A stretch of DNA of 64,000 nucleotides from Penicillus capitatus (Eukaryota; Plantae; Chlorophyta), in contig OZ287704.1 of NCBI GenBank assembly GCA_965649825.1, positions 112,101 to 176,100 on the forward strand, in the 5' to 3' direction. The notes below the pieces were generated by a model. That model was given only the letters and a program-made list of their open reading frames with translations, was not told the DNA's origin and did not search any database. The stretch's first letter is position 1; the number at the start of each line of letters is the position of its first letter. Below are positions 26,213 to 40,058 of this stretch, piece by piece. The translations under genes were made by a program, and so were the position numbers.

Positions 26213-29200
26213 ATGTCGCCGTTGCGTTCCCTCTTACTGCTAACGGTCTTGACTCAGGCAGCGCGTCCAAGCACCGGTAAAAAAACGTTCTCTTGCGCCG
26301 ACAGCATATCTGTGTGTCGTCGTTTAAGGTCGCGGCCTGCGCCTAGAGAACCAAAGGCCTGTGATCGTTACAGGCGCAACGGACATCCACGAGGTCCTTT
26401 CCCGAGTAGAAGACGGACAGACCGTCGTCTTTGAGACCGAAGAGATCGTGCTGAACCGTACCCTGGTTATTGCGCAATCAAATATCACGCTTCGAGGTTC
26501 AGACAGTGGCAACACGACGCTTCGTTGTCATCCGACAGCACGTCTCGGTGCACTGCTCATCCGGTGAGCGTTGTCCCCTATCGCCTCGAAATGCTGACAC
26601 CGCTGCGGATGACGCCGTCGCAGGCAGGGCGAAACGCACATCGAGAATCTGAGCTTTGCCGATTGCCATGGAGCACCGGCCGTGTCGATAGAACCCACAC
26701 AAGGGGGACGGAAAGCATGGAACGTGCGTTTTGAGAGAGTGCGTTTCGAGGGGAATGGAAAACAGGGCGAAGGCGTTTATGGAGCGGCAGTGTCACTCAA
26801 TGTCCACGATACGGCGTCGCATAACGAGACCTGCTTCGTGCATTTCACATCCTGTCACTTCTCGAAGAATCGTGCCGCTCTCGGTGGGGCCATTTACGTC
26901 ACCGATGCTCACGTCTACATCACCAACTCGACATTCGATGAGAACAGAGCCGACGTTTCTGGAGGGGCTGTTTACATTCAGGGCACGCGAGAGGTTTCGC
27001 TAACGATCGATGGATCTTCATTTTCGAACAACAGCGCCCAAGGCAAAACGGATCAGTTGAAAGCGGTGGATGGGAAGCTGCCGTGGATCAAAGACGAGAC
27101 ATCGGCGGCTATCGGAACGGGCGGCGCTGTTCTTGTCAACTGCTCTACCAATGTCTCCATCACTGCATCGGTTTTTCGCAACAATGTCGGGCATAGGGGT
27201 GGCGGCGGACTGGCCGTTGTGCACATGCAATCCCAGCCCTACGATCAAGAACAAACCTACACCATCATTAACCGTTCTCATTTTGAGGCGAATTATGCCT
27301 ACTGCCATGAAGAAGGAGAAGTCAACAATACAGACGTGCAAGGACTGTCAACATACTTTGGTGGTGCGATCTACTACGATCACTCCAGTAACCATCGGCC
27401 AGGCAGATGGGAAATCAATGCGACAGAATTCCTGCGGAATGAGGCAGCTGGTGGCGGCGCCATCTGTCTGAGATCGCACATACGATCCAGATCTCCGAAC
27501 ATGATTCTTTACTATTCACTCTTTAAGGAAAACTTTGCTAAGTACATCGGCGGAGCCATCTTCACCGACTCGTTGAACATCAACGTGTTCAGCACCGCCT
27601 TCAGAAAAAACGAGGCACAGTATGGCGGCAGTCTTTTCTTGTACCAATCTCCTGCCACGCAATTCTGCCACAACACAGAGGATCCGAAAAATGTCAGTGT
27701 GATTGAAGAGTCGGTGGCCTACTACGGTGGTGGGATGCTCGTCAATGCCCACGAGAGTATGTCCCTCTCTTCTTCCCTCACTCATTTCTCGACGATCTGT
27801 TGCTGTCTGCAGGTGGCATCAGCCTCACTGCGCTGAACGTCACCAGAAACAGTGCCTATTTCAGTGGAGGAGGCATCCTCGTTGAGAGCCTTGGTCAGCC
27901 AGTCATCATTCGGGGCATCGTCGTTGAAAAGAATAGGGCGCTGCTTGGGGGTGGCATTGCCCTTATTGCTGTGGCCAACTTCACCATTGATTCGAGCAAC
28001 CAAACCCGCACCATCATTCAAGAGAACGATGCTGCTGTGGGTGGTGGATTGCACTTTCAACCGGTGGAATCCAGTCCTATCTTGGATGTCACAGTAAAGA
28101 TGATGTGACTTGGCGAATGCCTCTTCGAGAGTGGTGTAGATTGCCGGTGCAGATTTTCGAGGGAATCGTGCCCGACGAACAGACGACATTGGATCGGAGC
28201 TTCAAAACATACAGAACATCAGAACTGTACATAAGAAAAAATTGAGCGACGCCGACCTGCATCGATTGATCAAAATTTCTGCTGGCAGTGGTGGTGGGAT
28301 CTGTACGTGCGTACACCACATTCGAGAATTAGCCGCTGCCGAGATCAAATTCCACGACCTTCGCATCGAAGAGAACACCGCATTGGTTGGCGGTCGGTCA
28401 CTCTTTTCACGCATTCTCCGGTGATGTGACGGATGTGACAGGTGGTCTGTTCTTTCTTATGAGGGATCATGATTGGAATAAAGACGGCGGCTACAACAAG
28501 CCCTCTTGCTTTCCAGCCAATTTCGGCATGGAGCATTGTCGACGATTCCTGTTCTTCAATGTCTCCGTCATGAGGAACAGTGCCAGTCACGCCGCCGGAT
28601 GGTTCTCCTCGTCGCCGGACGCCCTTGTCACAATCTGCAATATCTCTGAGGAAGATCGAGCGAACATTATGGAGTCTCAAGGGAAGACCATTGAAATCAA
28701 GCACCGCCATCAATGTGAGAACATCACCGACAATCACTTCCTCGATGGGTCCGGCGGCCTGAGTGCCGACTTCGGAACCCGTGCCATACGCTTGGCGATG
28801 GAAGGCTGGGACGGTCGACTGAAAGAGGTGAAGAGTCAGGAGACATTGGTCGTGCCTTGTGCAAATAACAGCGACAGCTCTTGCACATCGCGTCCACTAC
28901 GCATCGCCGTGAAAGATATCTTTAATCGGACGATCGCGCAGGGCATCGATGATGCGAATCTGACACTGCTGCTCGAATCGGATGCCATTTCAGGAGAACG
29001 GAGGTATACAGCTGTCAATGGCATTGCCGAAATTAGATTCACTAAGGCCAAAGGCTTCGGCGTCAGCAGCAATCTGATAGTTCTCAGCGAACGTGACCCA
29101 GAGCTGCACGTCGACATCCCATTCTCGATCAGGGAGTGCTATCCAGGAGAGATTCAGGGAGACACGTGCACGAGCTGTCACATGAATCAGTACAGCTTCC

Positions 29201-31406
29201 GTCCTGAAGAAGGATCCTGCCAACCTTGTGAAAGAGATGCGATCTGCAAGGGAGGGGCGAATCGAGTCCCAAAGCAGGGCTACTGGCATTCCACACCCTT
29301 TTCGCCAGTCTTCCGTGCATGTATCCAGAAAGAGGCCTGTAGCTACGATGGTCGAGAAGACAGCCTGGGGAATTTGCTGAACGGCACCGATGATGATCCG
29401 AAGGCCGTCCATCTTCAGGAGATCCTTCGCGAGTTCGATGAGAGTCGTGACTCTGGACAGCCTCCTCCGGACTTCTCCGTGATCTATCCCCAATGCCGCA
29501 CGGGATATCGCGGATTGCTCTGTGGATCCTGTGCCCCTCGATACGGCCGTTCCGTGTCGCGATCGTGTCGATCGTGCCCTGAACATCATGCAACGTGCAC
29601 CATATACATCTGTCTTGTCATGGGATGGCTGTTTCTCTTGATTGGATTCAACTGTGGCATCACACTGGCTTCCATGAACTCCAGAGTCGATCTCGTCCAG
29701 TACGAGCAGGAAAAAAATCTTGCCAGTCGACAGGAATTGCCTCTAAGTCACCAAAACGCAAGAAAACAGTTAGAACAGCCAACAACTGGCATTCTCTCAA
29801 CTGGTACGGCGGCAGTGCTGCCCCTCCTCTGTTATACGAAGAGAAACGCGTGTTTGGTTTTGTTCAGGGCGTCTAAGTGCGTTAGATTTTCGTGGAGATC
29901 CTCGTCGGCAGAGGATCTTCGCCCAACAGCTCATTGCTACGGTTCAGTTGACTGAAACACTAAAGGCATTCAGCATCCACTTTGCACCAACAAGGCTCAG
30001 GTTTTCTGTGTAGATTCTGATGAACTACTTGCAGGTCACGGGAACGGCCTTGCGTCTACAGACGGACTGGAATCCACTTCTTAAGGGACTGTTGACATTC
30101 GAGAGTAAGCTATCCTCCCGTGGCAGTCACAGATCGATGGTGTCGCGTTTCTGCAGATGGTGTCGCTGGATTGCCGATCGATTTTCTGTCGGTACCGTAC
30201 GAGTGCATTTTCAGGAATGCCACTTTTCCGTCCGTTCCTGCCTCCTGGATACGTCTAGCCATTCCGTGGTCGATCCTCGTCGCCCTGGAAGTGGCTTTTC
30301 TCCTCGTGGCTCTCTTCTTGACGCTTCTGGATGCCTATCGACATCGCACACTTCGTCTGCCGTTCTGCAGCAAGGAACGGATTATTACTTACATGATCGT
30401 GATATCCATCGTCTCGATGTACTTTTCATACATCGATGTCGTTAGGGAGCTCCTCAGGGCGCTCAACTGTATCAAAATCAAAAAGTCAACAGAGAACGCG
30501 GCAAGAAACCACACTTACCTTGACTATGCAACAGAGACCGTGGATGTACACGTCTGGGCGGAGGACACTGGAATCGTCTGCCTCAGGGGCAGCCATTTGC
30601 CCATCGGAATTGTGAGCCTGCTTGGACTCATCCTCTCACTCGGCGGCATCGTTTCCATCGCCCTCTGGCTGCCACTGAATGAACAGACAAGGACGCGGCC
30701 GGAATTTGTGGCACGCTACTGGTTTCTCTACCAGGCTTACCGACCGAAGTGGTATACAGCGGCCTGGGAGTCGACCATTATCTGCCGAAAGTCATTGCTG
30801 GTTGGCGTCATTGTCTTCTCCTCCCATATGGGGCCTTCTCTCCAAGCAGCCATGTGTGCAGCAATCTTGACAGCTGCTCTATTTCTGAATGCCGTGCTGT
30901 CGCCTTTCAAGATTCCAGCAAATCACCAGAACGTACCAACCTATGCCGGAAAACTCTTCGAGATTGTTCACCCGCGATTGGCTGCTGGCTGGATAAAGTT
31001 CAATAACTCGATGCATCTGAATACTGTGGAGTCTGTCTCGCTGATCTCTTCGATCGTCATGTTCTACTGCGCCATCGTTCTGCAAGATAGCACTTCCTCT
31101 CCAACTGGACGCATGATGATGATTTCCTTCGCTTTCATTGTCAACGTGACGGTGCCATTCTACCTGGTCTACCGACTCTACGCTGGACTCCATTTTCTCC
31201 TAGATCTCAAACTGGAACTGATCGGTTCTGGCATTCCGGGAGCGCAGAATAAAATGACGATTCCGAAGTTCATCCGGAAAATGCTGTGGTTGATTAAAGC
31301 ACGAAGAGCCAGACGCGAATATTCGCGAACCATCCATGAATCTTCATCACATACCGATATGTCTGCTGTGGTTCATATGAGCGGCCGCATTCCGAGTGAT
31401 CCATAA
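26213..31406 (+). CDS. Pmp-repeat cell-surface receptor-like protein, paralog 3 (complete)
   Basis: Signal peptide MSPLRSLLLLTVLTQAARPSTG. Spliced frame is continuous through ORFs 26361, 26682, 27800, 28387 and 30120, including a GC-AG intron at 29966-30013. Same beta-helix / Cys-rich / multi-TM layout as paralog 2. TAA at 31404-31406. Confidence 0.9.
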
Positions 31407-32137
31407 AAGAAGCACGCATGGCGATCCTAGCATTTCACTTGAACTCTAAAGGAGGAGATAGATCCCCCTCTTATGTCAAACGCCCTCGCTTTAAGTGTCG
31501 ACCTATTGACGGCGGGTGCATCCAGATAGACTCTCTCTTATCTTAGGCGGTGTCAGGAAGTGCGTCGAGTGCTCTATGGTATCGTCGACAGATCCACGAA
31601 ATGGAAGGCGTTGTTAAGAGACGACGCGCGTTGATGTGACATGCTAAACGGCGATTGGCTGGTAGTGGTCTATTATAGTTTGCGCTGCAGCGAAGCTGCC
31701 AGAGATGCCAGCTGTCGTCGATGACCGTCCTGTTTTACGCCAAGAGTTGATGCGCAAAAAGGCGAAGTGGACGCCGAAGCGCTGCAAGAACGGCCGCTGC
31801 TTTCTGCACTGGTTTCTTCGGCTGTTATTTGACACCACGTCGCGTCCAGTGCTGTCTGTCGACCACATCACATTTTTGAATCCAACTCACATCATCTCCA
31901 TCGTACACGTGGGTTTGTGCAGAGATGTCCTAGCCACACCCGTTAGCTGGCGTTGCTCGTAGCCCTTTTGCGACCAACCGTACCGCATTGCAGATTGTCC
32001 ATTTCTTCATCATTCTTAGGCAAGAGTTCCATTCCATTTTCACATTCACGCGGCCGCGTCGCTGAAAGAGAAGCGCTTTGTTGTGGCGTACATCTTATTG
32101 TTGAGACCGCGGCCAAAACCGCACAACGCGCAATAGC

Positions 32138-35100
32138 ATGACACACCGATTGGCAGTGCTTATCGCGGCCTTCTTGGTACTGTCAGACATTGTCGATGGA
32201 CGCGAAGAAGACAGGAAGCCATCGCTTACTGTGAGAAATCTACGGACAGACCTCGATACTCCTCTTCGCCGGAACGCGCGCCGATTACAGCAAGACGACG
32301 AAGCGCCGTCCGTTGTTTTCGTGAGCAGCGCAGAGACGCTCCGCGAGGCATTGGCACGTTCGCAAGGAAACCAGATGTTCGTGCTGAATACTTCGGAAAT
32401 TGTTCTCGACGCGAAGCTGGTCATCGAGAAATCGAACATCTCTTTGGAGGGCTCGAGAGAACACCCAACCACGACCATTCGCTGCTCACGCCACGCAACA
32501 GAGAGCGCGATTCACGTCCGGTATTATCTCAGCTCTGTGTGACGGTGTGAAGAGACCGCGCACGTAGGGCGGGTCGGACGCGGTTTGCCCGTCTGTACTT
32601 TGATGGATGTCGTCGACCATCCGTTATTGCGATTAAGACTCCGAAAGAAGGCCCTCTGTCGAAAGTGGATGTCAGGTTTGAAGACGTCGAGTTTGTTGGC
32701 AACGGAAACGGCGACGGTCGCTTCCGTGGCGGCGCTGTTCGTGCGGCAGCATGCTCTAACGCAACGTGCCCTCGACTCGCTCTCCGTTTCGTCTCTTGCC
32801 GTTTCGCACAAAACAGCGCGGCTTTCGGCGGAGGCGTTTTCGTCTCAGCGAAGAATGCCACCATCCGTATTCGCAATTGCACATTTGAAGGAAACACTGC
32901 CGACGTGGCAGGGGGTGCCCTCTTCGTCCGAGACGCAGCGTTGACCATCCGAGCATCGCGTTTCGAAGGAAACAGAGCCTTTGGCAATACAGAATCCGAC
33001 GAACGGAGGGACCAGAACACCGACGACGCTCAGGACCCGGCGCAGATTGAAGCCGGAGTAGCAGGAGGTGCCATTCGGGCCGTCAATCCTCTCCGCATTC
33101 GAATACTGAGCTCGAACTTCACCGGCAATGTCGGCTGCGAAGGCGGCGGTGCTCTGAGCGTCTCCAGCGCGAAGCTGCCACAAGACATCGGCGACTCTAA
33201 CGTCTTTAATATCGTGGCATCGCGTTTTGTCAACAATAGTGCATTTTGTGGGCCTCAGCCAAAAGCGCTGGAGAATCATGACGATGGGCAGCAGGAACAT
33301 GTGGGAGGGGCGTTGATGTACGAGGCCCTGGAACTGACGACAGCCGTTTGGACAATTCGCAACACAACTTTCCAAAGAAACATCGCATTCAAAGGAGGGG
33401 CTGTCGGTTTCTATTCTGCCGTCACGTCGACGGCAGACCACAACATTACGGGAAGCCATTTCAGTGAGAATGTCGCTATGGTGATCGGCGGCTCGCTGTT
33501 TCTCTGTCGACTGCGCCTCACCATCCAGAGCTCGTTGTTCCGAAACAGCAGATCGACCTACGGCGGCGGCATTGCTGTGTTTCGCACAGGGAGACTGAAA
33601 TTCGATGATGATCCGAGAAGTGCCGCGCCAGTCAGTGTCGTCGAGGGCAATACTGGCAGCTACGGTGGCGGCATCATCGTGCTTTATCAAAGTGAACATC
33701 CGCGATCCCTCGATCTCGGATCTCACATCCTGTTGTTTTTTACAGGTCAAGTCAATGCTACCGCTCTGATCCTTCGCAGTAATACAGCCCTTCGAAGTGG
33801 CGGCGGCATGCGGATCCAGGAATGTAGTGGACCGATAATTCTCCGCGGCGTTGAAGTGCTGAACAACTGGGCGGTGGTCGGTGGCGGTGTCTCTATGCTC
33901 GGCGTGTCGATTCTGAAGGTAACCTCATCTGAAGTCGCAGATACCGTTTTCGGAAACAATATTGCTGCCGTGGGCGGCGGATTTCTCTTTGAACCGGGGG
34001 AGGAAATTCGTTTTGAACTGCTGGTGAGCACTCAGAGTTTCATGCCGCCGTGTACAGAGAGGACTGCTTTAGATTGAATTCTCTACGTTTGTTGGTAACC
34101 GAGTCTTGGGTCTGGACGATGCCAAGATGTCAGAATTTGTGGAAAAGAGCTTCAACTATACGCTGCTGGAAGAGGCCAACCTCACTGAGACGACGTTGAA
34201 AGAGGATCTTGGCACAGATCTCAACATCGTTCAATTCTTGACCACTGCTCCAGAGGGTCACGGTGGCGGTCTTGCTTTCTCTTTTCTGAATCTCCGACCG
34301 CACGCCATCACCCAAGTCATCGTGCAAAACATCACTGTCACGGAAAACGAGGCCGTTGTCGGAGGTGTGGTCTCAGTCCGGCGATCGTTCAGTGTGCGAT
34401 GTCTGCCGTTCTGTAGGTGGTATAGCGATCGCCATGGCAAAACGCTTCTGGAATAGAGAGATCGGAAAAGAGATGTGCTTTCCAGCCATCTTCGGCTTTG
34501 AAATCTGCCAGATCTTTCGTCTTCATGTGGCGACGGTGACGAAGAATCGCGCCAGCTTCGCAGCGGGCGTGTTCTCTTTATACGCCAGCGGAGTCTCCAT
34601 TTCTTGCGGTCCTGGACACGAAGCAGTGCTTCCAAGTAAAGACCACGAAATGATGCGACAGCCCGACGCCCTCGCTGCATACTGCCTGAATGTAACGGGC
34701 AATGTGGTTTCGGACGGAGAAGACATCGCAGATGCCGCCACCGGAGTGGTGAGCCTAGCCATTGAAGGATGGAATGCAACCGAGCCGTTGATCAATCTAG
34801 AAAGCGGTCAAAACATCGACCTCCCTTGCGAGTCGGCCAAAACCAATACCTCTTGCAAACGCCACCCCTTGCGCGTTGCTGTGAAAGACATCTTCGGTCA
34901 CACAATCGTCCGGGGAATCGACGATGCGAACCTGACACTGATACTCGAGTCAGAGAACATCGTGGGCGAGCTCAGATACACTGCCAAGAATGGCATTGCA
35001 GAGATTAACAGTACCCGCGCAAAGCATCCCAATGTCACCAGCAAGCCGCTGACCATAAGGAGCGAACGTTATCCAGATATCAACATCACCATTTATTTCT

Positions 35101-37385
35101 CGACCCGAGAATGCTATCCCGGAGAAATCGAGACGGATCTCAGCTGTCAGTCCTGTGTTGCCGATCAGTACAGCTTCCATCCCGAAAAGAAATCGTGCCG
35201 ACCCTGCGAAACAGACGCCATCTGCAAAGGAGGGGCTGCACTGGTGCCGAAGGATGGATTCTGGCATTCCACACCTTTCTCTCCTGTCTTCCGTAAATGC
35301 GTAAGTAACAAGGCATGCAAGTATGCCAAACGACAGGATATCCTCGGAGAGTTTTATGACGACGATCAGAAAATGAAGGAATTGCGAGAAGAGCTCGATG
35401 GTCTGTCCATACGAGAGAACACAGACGGCACGATGCCGCGGAACTTCTCCGAGATGTATCATCAATGTCACGAAGGCTATCGAGGGTATCTTTGTGGATC
35501 GTGTGCTCCTGGCTACGGTCGTGCATACAACGGCGATTGCCAGGAGTGTCCTAACGTAGTCTCGCACTACGGTCTGTCTATTTTGCTGACCATTGGCTGG
35601 AGATTTATGCTGATCGGACTCAACTGCGCCGTCACTTTAATGTCGATGAATTCCAGAATCGATCTGGTGAGACATGAACAGGAAGAGAGCGGCAGGGGCA
35701 ACACTCCAAGGATCCTGCGAAACCAGCATAGTCGAAAGGCCATCGTTGTGGAATCGCCTCGATCTAGCAGAATTCGAGGTCACATCAAACGGATCTCTCT
35801 CATACGATGGCAAGATGTCGCTTTCCAGGTCGACCTAGCGCAGAGGATTTTGATAATGACCCCGGTGGCCGACTTGCTTTTTCGCAACAACTGGTTGCCA
35901 CGGCTCAACTGACAGAAACGCTGAAGGTGGGATGAACAGCGGAGGCAGAAAACAATGCTGTGTTGCTTAGATTCTGATTAACTACCTACAAGTGACTGGC
36001 ACAGCGCTGCGACTACAGGCAAATTGGAGTACCCTTCTCAGAATCTTCTTGAGGATTCAAAGTGCTCGGGACGCTTTTTTGTTTTGCTTTCGCATTCCAG
36101 CCCTGTCTGCTGTCTAGATGGCTTTGCAGGATTGTCCGATGAGCTGTTCGCCGTTCCGCACGAGTGCAATTTCGAGAACAGCCACATTCACGATTCCATC
36201 GGTGCCATATGGGTTCGCCTGGTGTCACCATGGATCGCCCTCATCGCCATGGAAGTGGTCTTCCTTGTGGTGACGTTCATTCGCCGATCGATCCGTCGTT
36301 GCCGTAACGCGACAAATCTCCACCGTCGTGTCAACGGGGAGCGCTTCTTTACCTTCATTATTGTGATTGCCGTGGTGTCGATATACTTCTCATACATCGA
36401 CGTCGTCAGGGAGCTGCTCAGAGCTCTCAACTGTATCAGGATTCAGGATTCGAATGAGAATGAGGAAACACCCAATCCTTACCTTAACTATGCAACCGAG
36501 ACAGTGGACGTGCACGTCTGGGTGGAAGATACCGATTTGGAGTGCCTCAGAGGAAGCCATCTCCCAGTTGGCATCGTCGGCATCGTGGGCCTCATCTTCT
36601 CTGTATGCGGTATTGTCTCCATTGCTCTGTGGCTCCCGCTGAACAAGCGAAGCAAAACCGATCCTGAATTCGTGGCACGGTATTGGTTTCTCTATCAAGC
36701 TTACAAGCCACAATGGTACACCGTGGCATGGGAATCCACTGTGCTCGCCAGAAAATCGTTGCTCGCCGCTGTGGTTGTGTTTTCCAATCATCTCGGTCCA
36801 TCACTCCAGGCATCGGCGTGCGCTGGGGTACTGACGGTGTTCCTGTCACTACAGGCTTTCTTTTCGCCTTTCAAGATTCCTGAAAACCATCGCAACGTTC
36901 CTCAATACGCTGGCGGTCTTCTGAGAGCTATCAGATTTCCGAGAGGCGCCGATCAATGGATCCGTCTCAACAACGGATTCCATCTCAACATGTTAGAATC
37001 TGCATCGCTGACGGCGTCGATCGTTATGTTCTACTCCGCCATCGTCTTGCAGAGTTCAGCCTCGACGATCTTGGGCTGTTGCTCCATCGAAGTTCTGGCG
37101 TTTTCTGTGAACCTTGCCTTTCTATTGTACATGTTCTACAGACTCTATGCCGGCATGCATCTCTTGCTAGACCTCAAACTCTCGTTAGTCATCGAGGAGC
37201 GCGTCTTGTTTGAAAACAGTTTGGGTCTCATTAGTTTTGTTAGGAAAGCCTTTGCTCTTCTTCAGATTCGAAGAAAGGCACATCAAACGAACGATTCGGT
37301 CCATGTCTCTGCCCGTTCTTCGGCCTATGAGCGTGGATCGCCTTCGACAGATCATTCGACATTTGATTCTGTGGAAAATGCATAA
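32138..37385 (+). CDS. Pmp-repeat cell-surface receptor-like protein, paralog 4 (complete)
   Basis: Signal peptide MTHRLAVLIAAFLVLSDIVDG. Spliced frame is continuous through ORFs 32138, 32665, 34106, 34356 and 36024. Same architecture. TAA at 37383-37385. Confidence 0.9.
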
Positions 37386-38830
37386 ATAGATTCTCTTTAT
37401 TCGTGGAGAAGAGTGAGAGTGGTGATGTCTCGTTCTTATCTTCTCACACTTTACATCAGACTAGCTTAACTTCAAGACGTCGCACACCATGATGCAGTGC
37501 ATTTCCAAGCGCATCTTTAGTGCTAAATAAATCCCGGGAGAGCGCTAATGTCTGCCTTTGACGCTGACGCTCTCAATGTACCGTGGGTGTAAAATGGGCC
37601 GTCCACCGTGAGGAAACACCATTGGGATTACCGTCTTCTTCTGACGTGCAATTTTGTTGCCAAAACTGAACATTTGAACATTGATCTGAACGATTTTAAG
37701 TGGATGAACGGTCGTCAGTTTGTTGCATTGTTTCTCAAAAGATCATTGTTCCACATTATAATACTTAAATGCATGACAATGTCGTCTGTGTGGTGTGACG
37801 TGTCTCACAAGATAGAAGCGCCGACGCGTGTGAGGAACGCATGCCGAACCATTGTCACACTTCTCCGAGCGGTTACGGATAAGACGCCAGAAGGATGAAG
37901 TGAACAACGAGGAAGCAGGCTCGAGGAGCGTCGATGCGTCAAGTGTGGTCGTCCAGAAAGACGTCACGTTGTGGCTCGCACAATCCAGCGCACGCGTGAA
38001 CCCAGCGCACCACCGAATCCGCCTACCATCCAACCACTTCGTCTAGGTCATTCTCTCTTGGGAATTGCTTATGGTATTTACAGTGTGTCAACGTTCGAAG
38101 GAAAAGTATCTCTTCTCTAGGTTATCGTCTTATCTATCTGCAGCCACGGCAGTGATCGTCGCATTGCCTTTGGCCTTCTGCTTACCCAATCTTTTGCAAC
38201 AAAGCGAGGCGAGTCGGTGCTTACTCACGGATCACACATGCCGCATAGAACCCCATTCCATACCTGCCTTCTTTCAAGGGTATTCACGCGGAATGATCCT
38301 GTCCACCATTGAGGATTTCAGCTCTCGCTGCCAGACCATGTACGCTTTCTTTCTTCGTTTAACTTCGATGTCTCCTAATCAAGATCCGCCATCCGTTTCT
38401 GACCAAAAGGAATCACATCATGTCGCCTCTACTCATGCACAGCATCTGTCATTCGCATCTACTATGCACGTGTACGCGGCCGATAGCGGACGGCCACGTG
38501 TCTTCCGGCGGCATCCAGATGTTCTCTTAATCTGCGAGAAATGTGGAGAGAGTCTTTCATTCGACAGCGCGTTTCGCTCTGCTTTCACCGATTTCTTCGG
38601 CGTCGTTGTTTTCTTCTCTGACGTCCTGTCCTGCATCGCGTTTTCGTCGAATCTGACTGCGGAGCGCGTATGACAACGTCGATTTCCACTCAAGTGTTGT
38701 TGCCGAATAACTAATACGGCTGAGTATCCAAACAGCATATACTCCGTATCCCCTAAGCAACACCTCGGACCGCAGCACCGGTCGATATTTCTCCCTCGAC
38801 TTGCGTTTTCAACTCTTGCTTCAGGTCAAC

Positions 38831-39800
38831 ATGGCGGCGTTAAGACCAGCGACGCACACGGCGACCATTACTCTGGAAAATCTCCTCACTGACGAAGACA
38901 TAAGCTTTGCTGCGTCTCTTGCCGACAGCAGTGGCGAACTGGCTAGGCACTACTTCAAGTCCATCACTTCTCCGCAACCATCTCGTTCGTAACGCCCCGT
39001 GCTGTAGTCAGAAGATTGAGATTAACGACAAGGCCGACGAGAGTCCGGTCACGCGAGCCGACCTCGAAATCGAAACGGCCTTGCGTCGAGCCATTCTCGA
39101 ACGCTACCCTGACCACAGCATCTTTGGCGAGGAATTCGGCTTGACCCTCGGCACAGGAGATGACAGGCGTTTTCTCTGGGTACTGGATCCGATTGACGGG
39201 ACACTCAGTTTCATCACAGGTGATCGCAATAACGACGCTCCATTCTGACAGACGTCACATCATGCCACAGGAAAGCCCGTCTTCACGACTCTCATCGCAC
39301 TGCTCTACGATGGTGTGCCAATTCTCGGCGTCATCGATCAGCCTATTCTCAGAGACCGTTGGATCGGGGCACATGGCAGAGAGACCCTGCACAACGGTGT
39401 CCCCGTCACCACACGTCCCTGTCGTCAGCTCTCCAACGCTTACATGTACTCCTGTGCACCGGAGATGTTCTGGGATCATCGCCAAGACGCCTTCAATCGT
39501 CTTTCGTTTCGAGTCAAGCAGCAATGCTGGGGTGGCGATTCCTATAACTATGGACTGATGGCGAGCGGATGGATAGACATGGTCTTGGATGCGGATATGC
39601 AGGTTTACGATTACATGGCATTGGTCCCCGTCATCAAAGGCGCAGGAGGATGCATCACGGACTGGAAAGGCGACGAATTGACGTGGGATGGTGTGGCGTT
39701 GAATGGAAAAGAAGAATGGGCAGCGGAGGTATTAGCATCAGCAAATCCCGATTTGCATCAACAAGCACTCGCACTCATGGACTGGAAACAACACAACTGA
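38831..39800 (+). CDS. Histidinol-phosphate phosphatase / inositol-monophosphatase-like (HISN7/IMPL2 type), copy 2
   Basis: SLADSSGELARHYF|, KADESPVTRADLEIE, WVLDPIDGTLSFITG|KPVFTTLIAL, GGDSYNYGLMASG, DYMALVPVIKGAGG. Introns at the same two positions as copy 1. Confidence 0.88.
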
Positions 39801-39869
39801 CAATGAATTGTCTACTACGGCATGCTCATTGCTTGTGCATTATTGCTTCTTGTGCATGAAGCACCTGGA

Positions 39870-39898
39870 TTACAGGATAACTGACGGTTCGTCTGTAA
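39870..39898. terminator. Opposing TGTAA poly(A) signals of convergent genes
   Basis: Minus-strand TGTAA at 39874-39870 and plus-strand TGTAA at 39894-39898, between stops at 39800 (+) and 40059 (-). Confidence 0.5.
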
Positions 39899-40058
39899 AT
39901 TCGTGCAAATAACGTGAAACAGCAGATGCAAAAAATGTGATGAATGGGTCATCGTCCATTGTCGGCGTTTCACGACGGTCAAACAGCAAAACCTGTTCTT
40001 TCCTTTTATGTCAGAACAAAAAAAGACGTCGACAGGGGTAGGGAGGATTCAGGCAAGG

